From Spirochaetota bacterium (GTDB taxonomy: Bacteria; Spirochaetota; UBA4802; UBA5550): a stretch of DNA of 64,000 nt. The position numbers and the translations under genes were made by a program. Of the stretch, positions 31,077-40,435 are shown piece after piece. The DNA lies in assembly GCA_050298055.1 (NCBI GenBank), contig JBNKTL010000027.1:1487-65486 (forward strand), in the 5' to 3' direction. Below the pieces are notes generated by a model that saw nothing but the letters and a program-made list of their open reading frames with translations, did not search any database and was not told where the DNA came from. Numbering within the stretch: position 1 is the stretch's first letter; each line of letters opens with the position of its first letter.

Positions 31077-31528
31077 TGGAGATATTTAAACGTATTCTAT
31101 TAGTGGAAGATGATGAAAAGGATATTGAACTTGTTCTCAACACACTGGAGGACTATAACCTGGCCAATGAAACAGTGGTGGTGCGTGACGGTATTGAAGC
31201 CCTGGACTATCTCTATTCCCGTGCTGCCTTTGCCGGCCGGCCGGCAGGGAACCCGGTTGTGATTCTGTTGGACCTCAAAATGCCCAGGATGGATGGGTTC
31301 CAGGTGGTGCGGCAGCTCAAGGCGGATGAAAAGATGAAACAGATTCCCATTGTGATCCTTTCGTCGTCAGCTGAAGACCGGGACCTGAAAAACTGCTACA
31401 CCCTGGGCGTTAACGGGTACGTAGTGAAACCGGTCCGTTTTGAAGAATTTGTCAACGCCATCAGAGAGATCGGAGTCTTCTGGGCCATGATCAACGAACC
31501 CCCGCCTGTGAGGGAAAGAGCGGAATAA
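31076..31528 (+). CDS. Single-domain response regulator (Rcp1-like)
   Basis: ILLVEDD, ILLDLKMP, IPIVILSSS, NGYVVKP, FW..INEPPP; start overlaps the kinase stop. Confidence 0.95.
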   Translation: MEIFKRILLVEDDEKDIELVLNTLEDYNLANETVVVRDGIEALDYLYSRAAFAGRPAGNPVVILLDLKMPRMDGFQVVRQLKADEKMKQIPIVILSSSAEDRDLKNCYTLGVNGYVVKPVRFEEFVNAIREIGVFWAMINEPPPVRERAE

Positions 31529-31564
31529 ACCTGTCTTTACACGGCCAATATCATCAATAAAAGA

Positions 31565-31960
31565 TCATTCTACCAGTTGAGTAATAAAATCACAGCTTTC
31601 ACGGGCTGTCTTCAGAAAGAACTCCACATCCTGAACTGTGGCCTCTTTTCTCTCATACATCTCGATTGAGCAGATCTCCTGAAATGCACTCATGGCAAGC
31701 AGACTGTTTTCCAGTGTCCCGGGGATCTCTTCGTATTCCTTTATGGAATCCACCAGGTCAAGCAGCGTGTGATTATAAGGCATTTTTCCTGTTTTCAGGA
31801 AATAGGCCATGAAAAGCTTCTCAATACTCATACTGGCCATGTTATAGAGGATCTCCGGAGTGAACTTTTCGCTTTTTTCAGATCCCTTTTCCGCTATCTC
31901 AAGAAAGCGTTTCCCCTCTTTATAAAAGGTTTTCCAATCTGTATTTACCGGTTTATTCAT
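31565..31960 (-). CDS. HEPN-like domain protein
   Basis: YN...MSIEK..MAY........NHTL..L pattern typical of the HEPN N-terminal half. Confidence 0.6.
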   Translation of the reverse strand: MNKPVNTDWKTFYKEGKRFLEIAEKGSEKSEKFTPEILYNMASMSIEKLFMAYFLKTGKMPYNHTLLDLVDSIKEYEEIPGTLENSLLAMSAFQEICSIEMYERKEATVQDVEFFLKTARESCDFITQLVE

Positions 31961-32274
31961 GGCAAAACTCCTTTCGATATTTGACTTGTGCTGAGTCCGC
32001 GTGATATCACATCAATAAGTCTCTTAATAGTTGGATATTCCAACAGCCACGATTAGTTAAAATCAAACAGTCGAAGTACCAGAGTAGATAAATAAATTTT
32101 TCTGTCATTCTCTTTCGCTTTTACAAGGGGGAATATCCCAAAAATTTACACAGATTTAATACAGAGAAGTCACCGGGCGTATGTTTCACTTTTACTACAG
32201 ATGAGTATGGAGAGTGGTTTGTTATTGAAATAACTTTACCTGTTGGGTCTTGCCGGTATAAGGCCTTTTATTTC

Positions 32275-32302
32275 TTGATTATCATTGATAATTCACTATA
32301 AT
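32275..32302 (+). promoter_or_regulatory. Putative sigma70 promoter upstream of MITE copy B and the 4Fe-4S gene
   Basis: TTGATT-16 nt-TATAAT. Confidence 0.5.
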
Positions 32303-32309
32303 ATGAAAT

Positions 32310-32449
32310 GTTACTACTCAGCCAGGTTTTAGAATGATCATATTCATTAAAAATGATAACTGATATGTCCCCGCCGCCTTTGGCGGCGGGGACATATTGT
32401 TGATAATTTTGTAAACAGGTTGATTATGGCCATACAGCTGAGCCGATAC
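32310..32449. mobile_element. MITE-like element copy B
   Basis: GTTACTACTCAGC ... GCTGAGCCGATAC; core ATGTCCCCGCCGCC-TTT-GGCGGCGGGGACAT; flanks TATGAAAT / TCTGAAAT. Confidence 0.8.
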
Positions 32450-32475
32450 TCTGAAATAATAAAATGGAGATACAT

Positions 32476-33672
32476 ATGAGTGATATATCAAAAAACAGGG
32501 CCGGAGTTTCGAAAACAGTGATTTTCTTTATCCTGCTGATTGCATCTGTCCTGGCAGGGTCCCTGCTCTCGGTGGGGTTCTGGGGAGGGAAGGCCGAAAA
32601 GGCGCCTGAAAGCATTACGCTTGCTTTCGACCGGGGGATGACAATAGGTGATTTTGGGAAAGCAAATAACCTGCCGGGCCCCGTTATGAAAAAAGCCTTC
32701 GATTTAAAGGGGAGGAAGGACCTGGATAAAACATTAAGTTCAACCGGTCTTTCAAATGAAGAGATATCAGGAAAGATCAACCGGGCACTGGCTCTCTATT
32801 CCGAAGACCAGTCAAAAAACTGGGTAAAAATTAGGATTAAATTCATCCTCTGGATAGTGTTTTTGCTCCTGGTTTTTTCCCTTATCAGAAAGAACCGTGT
32901 GGGACCCCTGATGAGAAAAATCCTTTACCTGGCAGCCATACTCTTATTCGGAGTGATCCTCGGGGCTGACCCGAGCCCCATGGGTACCGTAAAGGATGCC
33001 ATTGCACTCTATGGAGCCCAGGGTGTCATCTTTAAACCGCGGATGGTGGCTCTTACCATTTTCCTGGCAACGATCTTTCTTGCGAACAAGTTCATCTGCT
33101 CCTGGGGATGCCAGTTCGGGACCCTGCAGGACCTGGTCTTCAGATTGAACCGCAACAGGGAGGAGAAGAAAGAAATTTTCAGGCAGTATAAACCGTCATT
33201 TGCTATTACCAACAGTGTCAGGGTCCTTTTTTTTATTGCATTTACTCTTGTTGCTTTCCTGTGGGCGGCTGATATAACCGAGTCTATTGATCCCTTCAAA
33301 CTCTTTAAACCGGCAACAATTGGTCTGTACGGGGGGATATTTATGGGAACACTCCTGGTGCTCAGTTTATTCATTTACCGTCCCTGGTGTCATCTCTTCT
33401 GTCCCATGGGACTGGTGGGGTGGCTCCTTGAGAAGATCAGTCTTTTTAAAATTAAAGTGGATTATGAGAGCTGCATAGCCTGTAAAAACTGTGCCAGGGC
33501 GTGTCCTTCAACTGTTATGAAGGCAATCCTTCTGCGTGAGCAGAAAGTCATCCCCGATTGCTTTGCATGCGGGACATGCATGGATGTGTGTCCTTCAGAA
33601 TCAATCAGTTTCAGTTTCGGGAAACGAACCATGCCCCCGGAGGACAAGTTCTCCGGGAAAGCAGCCGGATAG
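32476..33672 (+). CDS. Membrane 4Fe-4S binding protein (NapH/MauN-like polyferredoxin)
   Basis: CSWGCQFG, WCHLFCPMG, CIACKNCARACP, CFACGTCMDVCP; several TM helices. Confidence 0.9.
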   Translation: MSDISKNRAGVSKTVIFFILLIASVLAGSLLSVGFWGGKAEKAPESITLAFDRGMTIGDFGKANNLPGPVMKKAFDLKGRKDLDKTLSSTGLSNEEISGKINRALALYSEDQSKNWVKIRIKFILWIVFLLLVFSLIRKNRVGPLMRKILYLAAILLFGVILGADPSPMGTVKDAIALYGAQGVIFKPRMVALTIFLATIFLANKFICSWGCQFGTLQDLVFRLNRNREEKKEIFRQYKPSFAITNSVRVLFFIAFTLVAFLWAADITESIDPFKLFKPATIGLYGGIFMGTLLVLSLFIYRPWCHLFCPMGLVGWLLEKISLFKIKVDYESCIACKNCARACPSTVMKAILLREQKVIPDCFACGTCMDVCPSESISFSFGKRTMPPEDKFSGKAAG

Positions 33673-33820
33673 ATATTCCGGTTTCTCTTCCGGTAATAAT
33701 CCGGTTATAATATTTTTATTGAAAAAAAAGAGTATATGGTTCATTCTGTCACTGAGAGTAAGTTCCGGTTTTTAACGGGCTCTCTTCACCGCCCGCTTCC
33801 GGAGGAAAGGACGGTGTAAC

Positions 33821-33893
33821 GGGGACGTAGCTCAGCTGGGAGAGCGCGGCGTTCGCAATGCCGAGGCCGGGAGTTCGATCCTCCTCGTCTCCA
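33821..33893 (+). tRNA. tRNA-Ala (anticodon CGC)
   Basis: Cloverleaf: acceptor GGGGACG/CGTCTCC with G3:U70, D arm GCTC..GAGC, anticodon arm CGGCG-TTCGCAA-TGCCG, T loop GTTCGATC. CCA tail not encoded. Confidence 0.97.
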
Positions 33894-34166
33894 GATTTAT
33901 AAATAAACCGGGAAATAAAAAAGAGAGCGGTCATATTCGGTCCCGGTGTGCCAATACACTGAACCTGCAACCCGGTTATAAGTAAGAATAACAGGGGGAA
34001 GTTGCCCCAAAAAAAATAATAAAGATACTTTTTTTCAGGTTTGTTCCGGCCATATGGCTGAAGAGTTACGGGAACTGTTAATTTATCATTTCATGAAGGG
34101 GTGCTTTTTGCTGATGGGGGAAATGAGGGAGAATGAAAACAGGATTATCCGGCATGCTCAGCTCAT

Positions 34167-35612
34167 TTAAAAATTAACACCATACCCCACGGAGATGTTA
34201 AAAAGATGAGCAACCATATGGCCCTGGAACACCGGGTTGTATTCGGCGCTCAATTGAAAGTGGATCATCTGCCAGAAATTCCAGAAAAAGGTCAGACCCA
34301 GTTGCATAACAGGGGAGTATCCGTTTTTGAAATAACTGTTTTCAGGATATGTGCTTAAAGGCCACTCCTTGTTGTATGATATTTTTTTATAACAATATCC
34401 GCCGGCAATTTTCGGCATTAGGGAGATGCTCCTGCTTATGTCAAAACTGTATTGAAATATTATATAAACAGGATAGAGATAAATGTCCTGCATGGGGTTC
34501 AATTTTCCTTTCAGGTAGGTCATCCCGATTTCCAGGCCAAAATCCATACTGTCAAAAAAGAGATCTGTGGTATAACAGCTTAAGAAATTATTGAAACCCT
34601 GATATGAATAATTTCTCATTTCTCCCAGTAAACCGGTATATCCGAAACGATAATGTATGACCACCGGGAATCCCGTCCTCACCCAGCGGCTGTCTTCCGA
34701 CTCATTGCCGTTTTTGTCTACGGAAGTAACAAAGAAATGGTAGACCATACCGGGAGAGAGCCTGTTAATGGTCAATTGATCATCTGCTGTTTCGCCATAC
34801 TTCATAATACCGCGGCCGGTCATGGCATAAACCCTGTATTTTTTTATCATTGCATCGTTTGATTTATTCCACTTCAACCGGACTTTTAATTCTTTGCCGT
34901 TATCCCTTTCTTCCGAATTCATGGACAAACCACCGGGAGGGGAGGGGAGCTTTCCCGTAATGGCTTTTACTTCATTACTGGGCAAAGATTCGTCTCCTTT
35001 TTCATCTATGGCGGTAACAATGAAAGAGTACCGGTGATTTATTTTCAATTTTTTAACGGTATATTCTCTGGAGGCAGTCTCGTCCACGAACCTGTACTTG
35101 TTTTCATTTTTTGTTTTCATATAAATTTTAAATGATTTCGCATCAATATAGGGAGACAGCCAGGTGAGCCTGACCCTGTCACGGGAAGCTCTTGCAAGTA
35201 AACATGAGGGATTGGACCTCGTCATAAAGAGCACATCTTCCCGCTTTATCGTGAATTCGTCGGGTTTGAGAAGGTTACTTCGAAAAGTATAGTTTTTCTG
35301 GTCACTGTTTACCATGTAAGCTTCAAAAACCGTTCCATCCACTTTCTGGATATACTGCTTTCCCATATATAAATGGGTATAGAGTATCCTCAAAATTTTA
35401 TCAAGGGGGATCTTCTTTTTTGTTTTATCTTCTTTCTGAATAAGTATAAAGGAGGCTTCATCCTTTAATATTTTGCATTTGATTATGGAACCATCCTTTA
35501 AAAGGACCTGGGCGCCGTTAAGGGGGTAAACCGGAAGAAAAAGAAAAAACAGTGTAAAGAGAAGAACCGGGTGAGATGTCTTTTTTGACATTCCTTTCAT
35601 TCTCTTTTTCAT
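34167..35612 (-). CDS. Exported protein: two small beta domains, two fibronectin type III domains, probable outer-membrane beta-barrel
   Basis: Signal peptide; LTW..YSFIVTAID.KGDES.PS and LKW..YHFFVTSVD.NGNES; alternating aromatic strands ending GYGVNF. Confidence 0.82.
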   Translation of the reverse strand: MKKRMKGMSKKTSHPVLLFTLFFLFLPVYPLNGAQVLLKDGSIIKCKILKDEASFILIQKEDKTKKKIPLDKILRILYTHLYMGKQYIQKVDGTVFEAYMVNSDQKNYTFRSNLLKPDEFTIKREDVLFMTRSNPSCLLARASRDRVRLTWLSPYIDAKSFKIYMKTKNENKYRFVDETASREYTVKKLKINHRYSFIVTAIDEKGDESLPSNEVKAITGKLPSPPGGLSMNSEERDNGKELKVRLKWNKSNDAMIKKYRVYAMTGRGIMKYGETADDQLTINRLSPGMVYHFFVTSVDKNGNESEDSRWVRTGFPVVIHYRFGYTGLLGEMRNYSYQGFNNFLSCYTTDLFFDSMDFGLEIGMTYLKGKLNPMQDIYLYPVYIIFQYSFDISRSISLMPKIAGGYCYKKISYNKEWPLSTYPENSYFKNGYSPVMQLGLTFFWNFWQMIHFQLSAEYNPVFQGHMVAHLFNISVGYGVNF

Positions 35613-36670
35613 CTTATTGTCTCTGTGGTCATCACATTGTCCTGTTTGACAAATACTATTCCCCGGGGGGTCAATATTTTCATTTTTTCTCCCCTGGAGA
35701 GAATGACACCTTTTATGACCTTTCCGTTGTAAAGGGTCACAACATGGATCATATGATATTGTTTTTTTAATTTTTCAAGGATGTCCGGCCCGGCCTTTTT
35801 ATTCCCTGTTGATTTTTTCTCCGGATCAGGGAAAGTCAATAGATCCAGTTTTTCCAGTTGATCTTCCTGTGCATTCCGGACCTTAATACTTTTTTCAATA
35901 AGTGCCATCCTGCCCTTACCGGCCTGTTCTTTTGAAAGGACCTTTCGGGAACCGGGGTCCAGTTGTTCCACGGTAACGTTCCCTGTTTTAACTATGGCGA
36001 TTGTTTTTCCCCGGCGGTAACTGATGCTGAATTCCGTACCGGTAACCTTGATAAGGGCATTGGGTGTTTCAATCATATATCTTACAGGGTTTTTTAATTT
36101 TTTCCATTTGGAATATACGGTTCCCTCTCTCAGAAACAGATGAGTGGTTCTTTCTGTTGTAAGTGATATGATCCTGACCTGTGAATGGGGCAATATATGG
36201 ATTTCCAGATGTTTTCCAACGGTAAATTCATAGAAAGATTTATCACCGGTTTTTATAAGGGAACCTTTGGTGATAAAATCTGTTTTCGATATTTGCCCGG
36301 GTGCCAGTTCTCCGGACACGATATCAACTATACCCCGGGAAGAAATAACTTTCGTCTTCAAAAGGTCTTTTGAAAGATAGTTATTAATGGGAATGACCAG
36401 AGTCATAACCAGCAGCAATAAAAGAGCAGTAAGCGAAAATCCCACGACTCTTCTGCTCCCCCGCAGGGAGAGAGATATCCCGAGGTTATTGAAAAAATAG
36501 TATGCGGTAATCACCGGCTTCAAAAGGAGAGAGCCTCTCATCTGGTCCTTGAAAATATTTTTCAGGATCCTTTTATTTGCCCGGTATATTTTCTTCTGGT
36601 CTTTGGGGGAAACGGCTTTTCTGAATTGGAAGCGGTCCAGGACCTTTATGATCGTATTACTCATTTTCAT
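35609..36670 (-). CDS. FecR-domain anti-sigma-like protein
   Basis: One TM helix; IKTG.KS, I.PHS, L.EG, IETPNA.I.V.GTEF, V..G.V.V. Confidence 0.88.
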   Translation of the reverse strand: MKMSNTIIKVLDRFQFRKAVSPKDQKKIYRANKRILKNIFKDQMRGSLLLKPVITAYYFFNNLGISLSLRGSRRVVGFSLTALLLLLVMTLVIPINNYLSKDLLKTKVISSRGIVDIVSGELAPGQISKTDFITKGSLIKTGDKSFYEFTVGKHLEIHILPHSQVRIISLTTERTTHLFLREGTVYSKWKKLKNPVRYMIETPNALIKVTGTEFSISYRRGKTIAIVKTGNVTVEQLDPGSRKVLSKEQAGKGRMALIEKSIKVRNAQEDQLEKLDLLTFPDPEKKSTGNKKAGPDILEKLKKQYHMIHVVTLYNGKVIKGVILSRGEKMKILTPRGIVFVKQDNVMTTETIR

Positions 36671-37203
36671 AACAGGTCCTCCAGGTTTTTAATGCCTTTA
36701 CTTTTCAGATAGTCAACGAGGTTATTTAAAGCTTTGCCGTACCGGGACCGCACCTGCTTATATGTTAAGTTCAGATGTTTTCCGGCCTGTTCATACGTGA
36801 AATTATAAATTGCAACAAGTTCAAAGACAATTCTTTCAGTATCATTTTTGTCGGAAAAATTCTCCAGCGCGTCTTCAATAATCATCCTGGTATCTCTGAA
36901 GCCATTTTCAAAGCTTAAGCTTATGTCATTAGAAAAAGCCTCAATATCAATATTACTATTGTTCTTTTCTTTATAATAATCAATCACCACAATGCGGAGA
37001 GTCCCGTAGAGCCATTTACGGGGGTTCTTTACCTGGTCGAACTGCTTAAAAAAACGTATAAAAACCTCCTGGCAGATCTCCTCGGCTTCATGAAAATTAT
37101 TGATTTTTGTATAAACGACACTGAAAATCAGGGAGCTGTATTTTCTATATTGTTCGGAAAACTCCTGGCTCCCCCGGTCGGTCAGTTTTTTGGAAAATAA
37201 CAA
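36667..37203 (-). CDS. ECF RNA polymerase sigma factor
   Basis: AEEICQEVFIRF, KWLY, region 4 TYEQAG..L......VRSR; overlaps the fecR-like start. Confidence 0.9.
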   Translation of the reverse strand: MLFSKKLTDRGSQEFSEQYRKYSSLIFSVVYTKINNFHEAEEICQEVFIRFFKQFDQVKNPRKWLYGTLRIVVIDYYKEKNNSNIDIEAFSNDISLSFENGFRDTRMIIEDALENFSDKNDTERIVFELVAIYNFTYEQAGKHLNLTYKQVRSRYGKALNNLVDYLKSKGIKNLEDLL

Positions 37204-37418
37204 AAACTAATCCCCTCTCCTTCCTCTTGTAACTAATACATCATCAATTAATCAGGAATATAATATTTCCGGCATTTCGCCTTATATTATGTTGTGTGAT
37301 AAATTTCTTTACAGGAACGGAAAAATAAATCATTTGTCAAGTTCTATATTATCTTTCCTCTCTTCCTGTTACAAAAAATATTTTTTATTCAGAGATACGG
37401 TTTCTTTAAACTTTTTTT

Positions 37419-37560
37419 GTAACTACTCAGCTATATGAGTAAAATATTCATATTTAATAAAATGCTAACAATGTGTCCCCACCGCCTTCGGCGGTGGGGG
37501 ACACATCCGTTTTGTTTTTTCCATTAACATGTCTATGTTTATACATAGCTGAGTTGTTAC
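37419..37560. mobile_element. MITE-like element copy C
   Basis: GTAACTACTCAGCTAT ... ATAGCTGAGTTGTTAC; core TGTGTCCCCACCGCC-TTC-GGCGGTGGGGGACACA; closely similar to the reverse complement of copy D. Confidence 0.88.
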
Positions 37561-37704
37561 ACTTTTTAATGAACTGTTTATATGACGATTTTCATAAAAT
37601 TCAATTCGTACCTGCTAAGAAAAAAATATTTTGTTTGCAATTCAATAAATAACTCGTTATGCTGCATTTGTATTTTCGATTATATTACAATAAGTGAGGT
37701 CAAT

Positions 37705-37908
37705 ATGAGCAGAGAATACATGATAAGTGTTGATGAGTGTCATAAGTGCCTTCATTTTGAAAGAGAAAAGAGAAGGGAAACCGGGGAGAAGGTTGTCATG
37801 TGCAAATTCTGTATTGATGAGAATGTGGAGCCATTTGCGGTTCAGTGGGTCCCCATAACTCAGGAAGGAGTTGAGTGCATAATGAAAAAACTGCAGAGTA
37901 TAAAGTAA
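37705..37908 (+). CDS. Small Cys-rich protein (67 aa), possibly metal-binding
   Basis: GAGGT RBS before ATG 37705; CHKCLH, CKFC and a fifth Cys. Confidence 0.65.
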   Translation: MSREYMISVDECHKCLHFEREKRRETGEKVVMCKFCIDENVEPFAVQWVPITQEGVECIMKKLQSIK

Positions 37909-37989
37909 ATGAAGTAACAGGTCTCCCAATACTCTATCGTGTTGAATAATTAATTGATGGGTACGGGAATTGATTGAATAAAAAGTGAC

Positions 37990-38031
37990 ATGGACGCAAA
38001 AAAGAGAGCAAATATCAAGACGGGTATTAAG
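37990..38031 (+). pseudogene. 5' remnant of a ywbE-like gene
   Basis: GACATGGACGCAAAAAAGAGAGCAAATATCAAGACGGGTATTAAG (MDAKKRANIKTGIK) matches the start of 43333..43524 (MDATKRENIKPGIK). Confidence 0.7.
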
Positions 38032-38071
38032 TTACAGGAAGGTTATTTATTGATGAGTCCTCATTGAAAGA

Positions 38072-38968
38072 TCAGGTCCCCGTCATCTCCTGTTCCCGTA
38101 CCACCGAAACGTCTTTTGCGGGGGTTATCCCGAACAGGCGTTTGTACTCCCTGTTGAACTGGGAAGGGCTTTCATAACCCACCTGGTTTGCGGCTATACT
38201 GGCATTGAGCCCGTCCCGGATCATAAAGGTCCGGGCTTTGTGGAGACGGACATTTTTTATATACTGGAGGGGAGATGTCTCTGTCACCGCCTTAAAGCTG
38301 CTGTGAAAGGTGGAGCTGCTCATATCCGACTCCCTTGCCAGTTTTTCGATATCAAAGTCATTGCTGTATGAATCATGGATCTTCTGCAGAACCCTGGCAA
38401 TCTGGAAAAACCGCCTGTTCCGGTGGGCAAGGGCCTGGAGGATCTCTCCCTTCTCACCCCGGAGTACCCGGTAGATGATTTCTCTCTTGATCATGGGGGC
38501 CAGCACCCTCCTGTCCTGGGGATCGGCCATTGCCTCCAGAAGCCGTATGACCGCATCATAAAGGTCTTCACTCATGGGAGCTGAGTATATCCCTCTTGGG
38601 AGTGAATGATTTTCACTCCGGATCTCCTCCATATCCAGCAGGATCTCCCCGATTTCCAGGGGGTCGATGGTAATTGATAAGCCCATTATCGGCTTCCCCG
38701 GTTCGGTCCTCCCTTCACATTCAGCGGGCAGGGGAACAGGAAGGACGAGGTAATGGGAAGGATCGTAACTATAGACCTTGTTTCCCAGGTAGACCTTTTT
38801 TTCTCCCCGGGCCAGAATAATAATTTCCGAATTATACTGGAAGGGGGTCCGGGGAAATGATTCTTCAACGCGAAAGAGAGTGAGCCCCTTTAACGATGTG
38901 GGGTATATCTTTTCCCCGGGTATTATCTCCGTAAGCAGCGCAATTATTTTTTCCTGTTTTTCATCCAT
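38072..38968 (-). CDS. AraC-family regulator (YqhC-like, AraC_N + HTH)
   Basis: G.K.V..G...Y.YD...YL, REI.YR.L.G..G, SPLQY.K..RLH.AR, VGYESPSQFNREYKRLFG. Confidence 0.93.
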   Translation of the reverse strand: MDEKQEKIIALLTEIIPGEKIYPTSLKGLTLFRVEESFPRTPFQYNSEIIILARGEKKVYLGNKVYSYDPSHYLVLPVPLPAECEGRTEPGKPIMGLSITIDPLEIGEILLDMEEIRSENHSLPRGIYSAPMSEDLYDAVIRLLEAMADPQDRRVLAPMIKREIIYRVLRGEKGEILQALAHRNRRFFQIARVLQKIHDSYSNDFDIEKLARESDMSSSTFHSSFKAVTETSPLQYIKNVRLHKARTFMIRDGLNASIAANQVGYESPSQFNREYKRLFGITPAKDVSVVREQEMTGT

Positions 38969-39050
38969 CTGCGACACCCTGTCATGCGGTATATTACAGG
39001 AATGTATGATAAATTTGTCGAATTTGCAAGTTATTTTTCTTATTTTCGCA

Positions 39051-39080
39051 GGATCAGGCAAGAATAAACGGGATCAGGTA
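39051..39080 (+). promoter_or_regulatory. Putative AraC operator (direct repeat)
   Basis: GGATCAGGCA and GGATCAGGTA with 20-nt period, between the divergent araC and AKR genes. Confidence 0.5.
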
Positions 39081-39197
39081 TTGAATAACAGTCATTTATC
39101 GGTTAAATATCATTTAAGGTCATGCGCAACCGGGAACAGGTTAGCCGGAGGTTCCCCTTGTGCTGTAAATCATACTGCTAATTAACGGAGGACGATA

Positions 39198-40109
39198 ATG
39201 GAACTATCAATATCCACACGCAATGGAATAGGGATGCCCCTGGTGGGATTCGGCACCTACCAGCTCTCAACTGAACAGGCGGAAGTCTGCGTAAAGGAGG
39301 CGATTGAAGCCGGATACAGGCATATCGATTCCGCCGAGGGCTATGAGAATGAAGAGGGTACCGGGAGGGGGATAAAGGCGGCAGGTATTCCGAGGGATGA
39401 TATTTTTATTACCACCAAGCTATTCCCCGGGTATAAAGCGTGGGGGGTTCCGGAAAAAAATCATGAGCAGACCATCGAGACCCTGAAAAAGCAGCTGAAA
39501 GAGCTTCAGCTTGAGTATGTTGACCTCTACCTCATCCATGCCCCCCTGGCGGAACTGAGACTGGAACAGTGGAAGGCCCTGACAGAACTGAAAAAATCGG
39601 GGTTGACCAGGCATATCGGTGTGGCAAACTATAATATCGAGGCGCTTAAGGAGATACGGGACGGGGGAGCGGATCAACCGGAGGCGAACCAGGTTGAATT
39701 TCATCCCCTCTGCGCCAGGGTTGATCTTACCGGGTACATGAAGGAAAACTCGATCCAGCCCATCGCTTACAGCTCCCTTGCTCCCCTTGCGGCCTGGCGG
39801 GTTGAAGAGGGACAGGGGGGAGAAGTTCTCGCTGAGCTGAAAAAAGAATCCCAGCCGGTGATTAAAGAAATCGCAGAAAAACTAAGGGTATCGGAAGCCA
39901 GGCTCCTCCTCCGGTGGGGACTGCAGCAGGGCTACTCGGTATTGACCAAGAGCAGCAGGCCTGAGCGTATCCGGGAAAATCTCCATCTATTTGATTTTGA
40001 AATTCCCGCTGAAGAGATGGAGAGTCTGAACCGGTTGAACAGGGACCAGGCATTCGCCTGGGCGGCCAGCGGTCTTAATCCCATGGAGGCGGCGCCCTCC
40101 CTGAAATAA
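39198..40109 (+). CDS. Aldo/keto reductase
   Basis: GFGTY, GYRHIDSAEGY, FITTKL, VDLYLIH, IGVAN, NQVEFHP, KS..PERIRENL. Confidence 0.95.
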   Translation: MELSISTRNGIGMPLVGFGTYQLSTEQAEVCVKEAIEAGYRHIDSAEGYENEEGTGRGIKAAGIPRDDIFITTKLFPGYKAWGVPEKNHEQTIETLKKQLKELQLEYVDLYLIHAPLAELRLEQWKALTELKKSGLTRHIGVANYNIEALKEIRDGGADQPEANQVEFHPLCARVDLTGYMKENSIQPIAYSSLAPLAAWRVEEGQGGEVLAELKKESQPVIKEIAEKLRVSEARLLLRWGLQQGYSVLTKSSRPERIRENLHLFDFEIPAEEMESLNRLNRDQAFAWAASGLNPMEAAPSLK

Positions 40110-40132
40110 ATTTTAAAAAAAGGAGTCTGATA

Positions 40133-40325
40133 ATGCCAACAATTACAATCGCACTGGATAAAATAAGTGATGACAAAAATAAACGGTTGGTGGAAAATCT
40201 CACAAAAGAAGCTGCTGAAATTACAGACTATCCCCCGGAGTACTTTTTTTATTTACATATCTGAATATCCCACGGAAAATATTGGTGTGGGAGGCAAAAT
40301 CTTAAAGGAAATCAAAAGTCAGTAG
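40133..40325 (+). pseudogene. 4-oxalocrotonate tautomerase (DmpI-like) gene frameshifted in a T7 run
   Basis: AGGAG RBS; MPTITI..LVENLTKEAAEIT..PPEYFF. Removing one T at 40244-40250 continues IYISEYPTENIGVGGKILKEIKSQ*. Confidence 0.8.
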
Positions 40326-40332
40326 TTCTTTA

Positions 40333-40361
40333 TTCCGTAATCCCCGGCAGGGATTACGGAA
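40333..40361 (+). terminator. Stem-loop after the tautomerase gene
   Basis: TTCCGTAATCCC-CGGCA-GGGATTACGGAA (12-bp perfect stem). Confidence 0.55.
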
Positions 40362-40435
40362 ATTAATTTATTTCAGACGAAATCAAATAGTTTATCCGGT
40401 CGCAGAGAAAAAAAGAATAAGCTGATAAAAGGAGA

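Noticed and set aside
32274-32300. Fur box upstream of the 4Fe-4S gene
   Set aside because: TGATTATCATTGATAAT is only a partial match in AT-rich promoter DNA; not enough support.
33821-37400. Genomic island integrated at tRNA-Ala
   Set aside because: The downstream DNA is somewhat AT-richer, but I saw no integrase and no duplicate of the tRNA 3' end in the window.
37705-37908. c-type cytochrome
   Set aside because: The motif is CHKCLH, not CxxCH, and there is no signal peptide.
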